Positions 63,304 to 64,000 of a DNA stretch of 64,000 nucleotides are shown here, one piece after another. The notes under the pieces were generated by a model. That model was not told where the DNA came from, ran no database searches, and saw only the letters and a list, made by a program, of their open reading frames with translations. A program made the position numbers and the translations under genes. Numbering within the stretch: the first letter of the stretch is position 1; every line of letters begins with the position of its first letter. Source of the DNA: a virus; IMG/VR virus record IMGVR_UViG_3300023174_004481, positions 1 through 64,000 of that record. One strand, given 5' to 3'.

Positions 63304-63966
63304 TTAAATTGCAGATATTGTAACTGTTCCGCTCCATCCACCATAAGATGTATAAGTTCCTATTAAATTACCTATTCCGATTGGAGCCACATATCCTTTA
63401 TCAATCTCAGCAATTAATGTAATTACCCAATTTGCTCCACTATAATATACTTTATAAGTATTTGTCTCATCATAATAAATTGGTCGTGGAATGCCAACCG
63501 CATTTTTCAAACCACTATCATAAAATCTCAAATTATCTATATTTGGAACTGCGCTTATACCTGTTGCTTTATATACATATACCCTGTTTCCAAGATTTAT
63601 TTTTCCACCACCAAGATTTTCTTTTTTAATAGAAATTTTATTTTTATATTCAGATATTGTAACAGTTCCAGTTGTAGAAACAAATGTGGCTGGATATGAT
63701 CCAGTTGTAATATCTGTTGCTCCTATTTTCGTCCAACTATTTGTAGTGAAAGTTCCAATATTAGCTATAGGTCCTATATACCAAGCCTCAACTCCAATAG
63801 TGTTATACCAGATAGCATATTGACCATTTTCACTATAAAAAGATTTTTTACCATTATAAATTAAACCACTATCATAAAATCTCAAACCATTAATATTAGG
63901 CGATAGCCCTGTTCCAAAAGCTTTATATAGATAATCTCTAGTTTTAGGTATTATTAATCTGCCCAT
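63304..63966 (-). CDS. Hypothetical protein with an internally duplicated domain
   Basis: YKAFGTGLSPNINGLRFYDSGL...GTVTIS and YKATGISAVPNIDNLRFYDSGL...GTVTIS. Confidence 0.65.
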   Translation of the reverse strand: MGRLIIPKTRDYLYKAFGTGLSPNINGLRFYDSGLIYNGKKSFYSENGQYAIWYNTIGVEAWYIGPIANIGTFTTNSWTKIGATDITTGSYPATFVSTTGTVTISEYKNKISIKKENLGGGKINLGNRVYVYKATGISAVPNIDNLRFYDSGLKNAVGIPRPIYYDETNTYKVYYSGANWVITLIAEIDKGYVAPIGIGNLIGTYTSYGGWSGTVTISAI

Positions 63967-64000
63967 TTTATTTAATTATTAATTTTATCTATGGTCTTGT

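Overview
AT-rich segment of a large tailed dsDNA phage genome, read in standard code 11. Positions 1-17649 (+ strand) hold nucleotide-sugar genes (3' end of an Fcl/ColC-like reductase, a ColD-like His-type dehydratase, Gmd), a replication/recombination module (RecA-like, DnaB, ThyX, primase, Cas4/RecB-like nuclease, PolIII-alpha split into PHP and catalytic genes, DEDDh exonuclease) and glycosyltransferases. Several of these genes follow near-consensus sigma70 promoters placed for leaderless mRNAs. Positions 17646-64000 (mostly - strand) hold lambda-like tail tip genes (J with a Hint domain, I, L, M), tail-tube paralogues, mucin-like Thr/Pro/Cys-rich lectin and LRR proteins, a 2541-aa tape measure, tail tube, neck genes, five tandem paralogues, a long repeat fibre, a small lipoprotein and an endolysin, with a recurrent GTGTAA promoter-like motif. 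The standout feature is the non-coding gap at ~29210-29590 (- strand): a complete group I ribozyme core that interrupts no gene and has its own GTGTAA motif. Its guide sequence is at the 5' end and its matching U.G splice site lies downstream of the terminal G. This suggests a naturally permuted group I intron producing a ~98-nt circular RNA. All calls come from manual motif reading; no database search or folding program was run.
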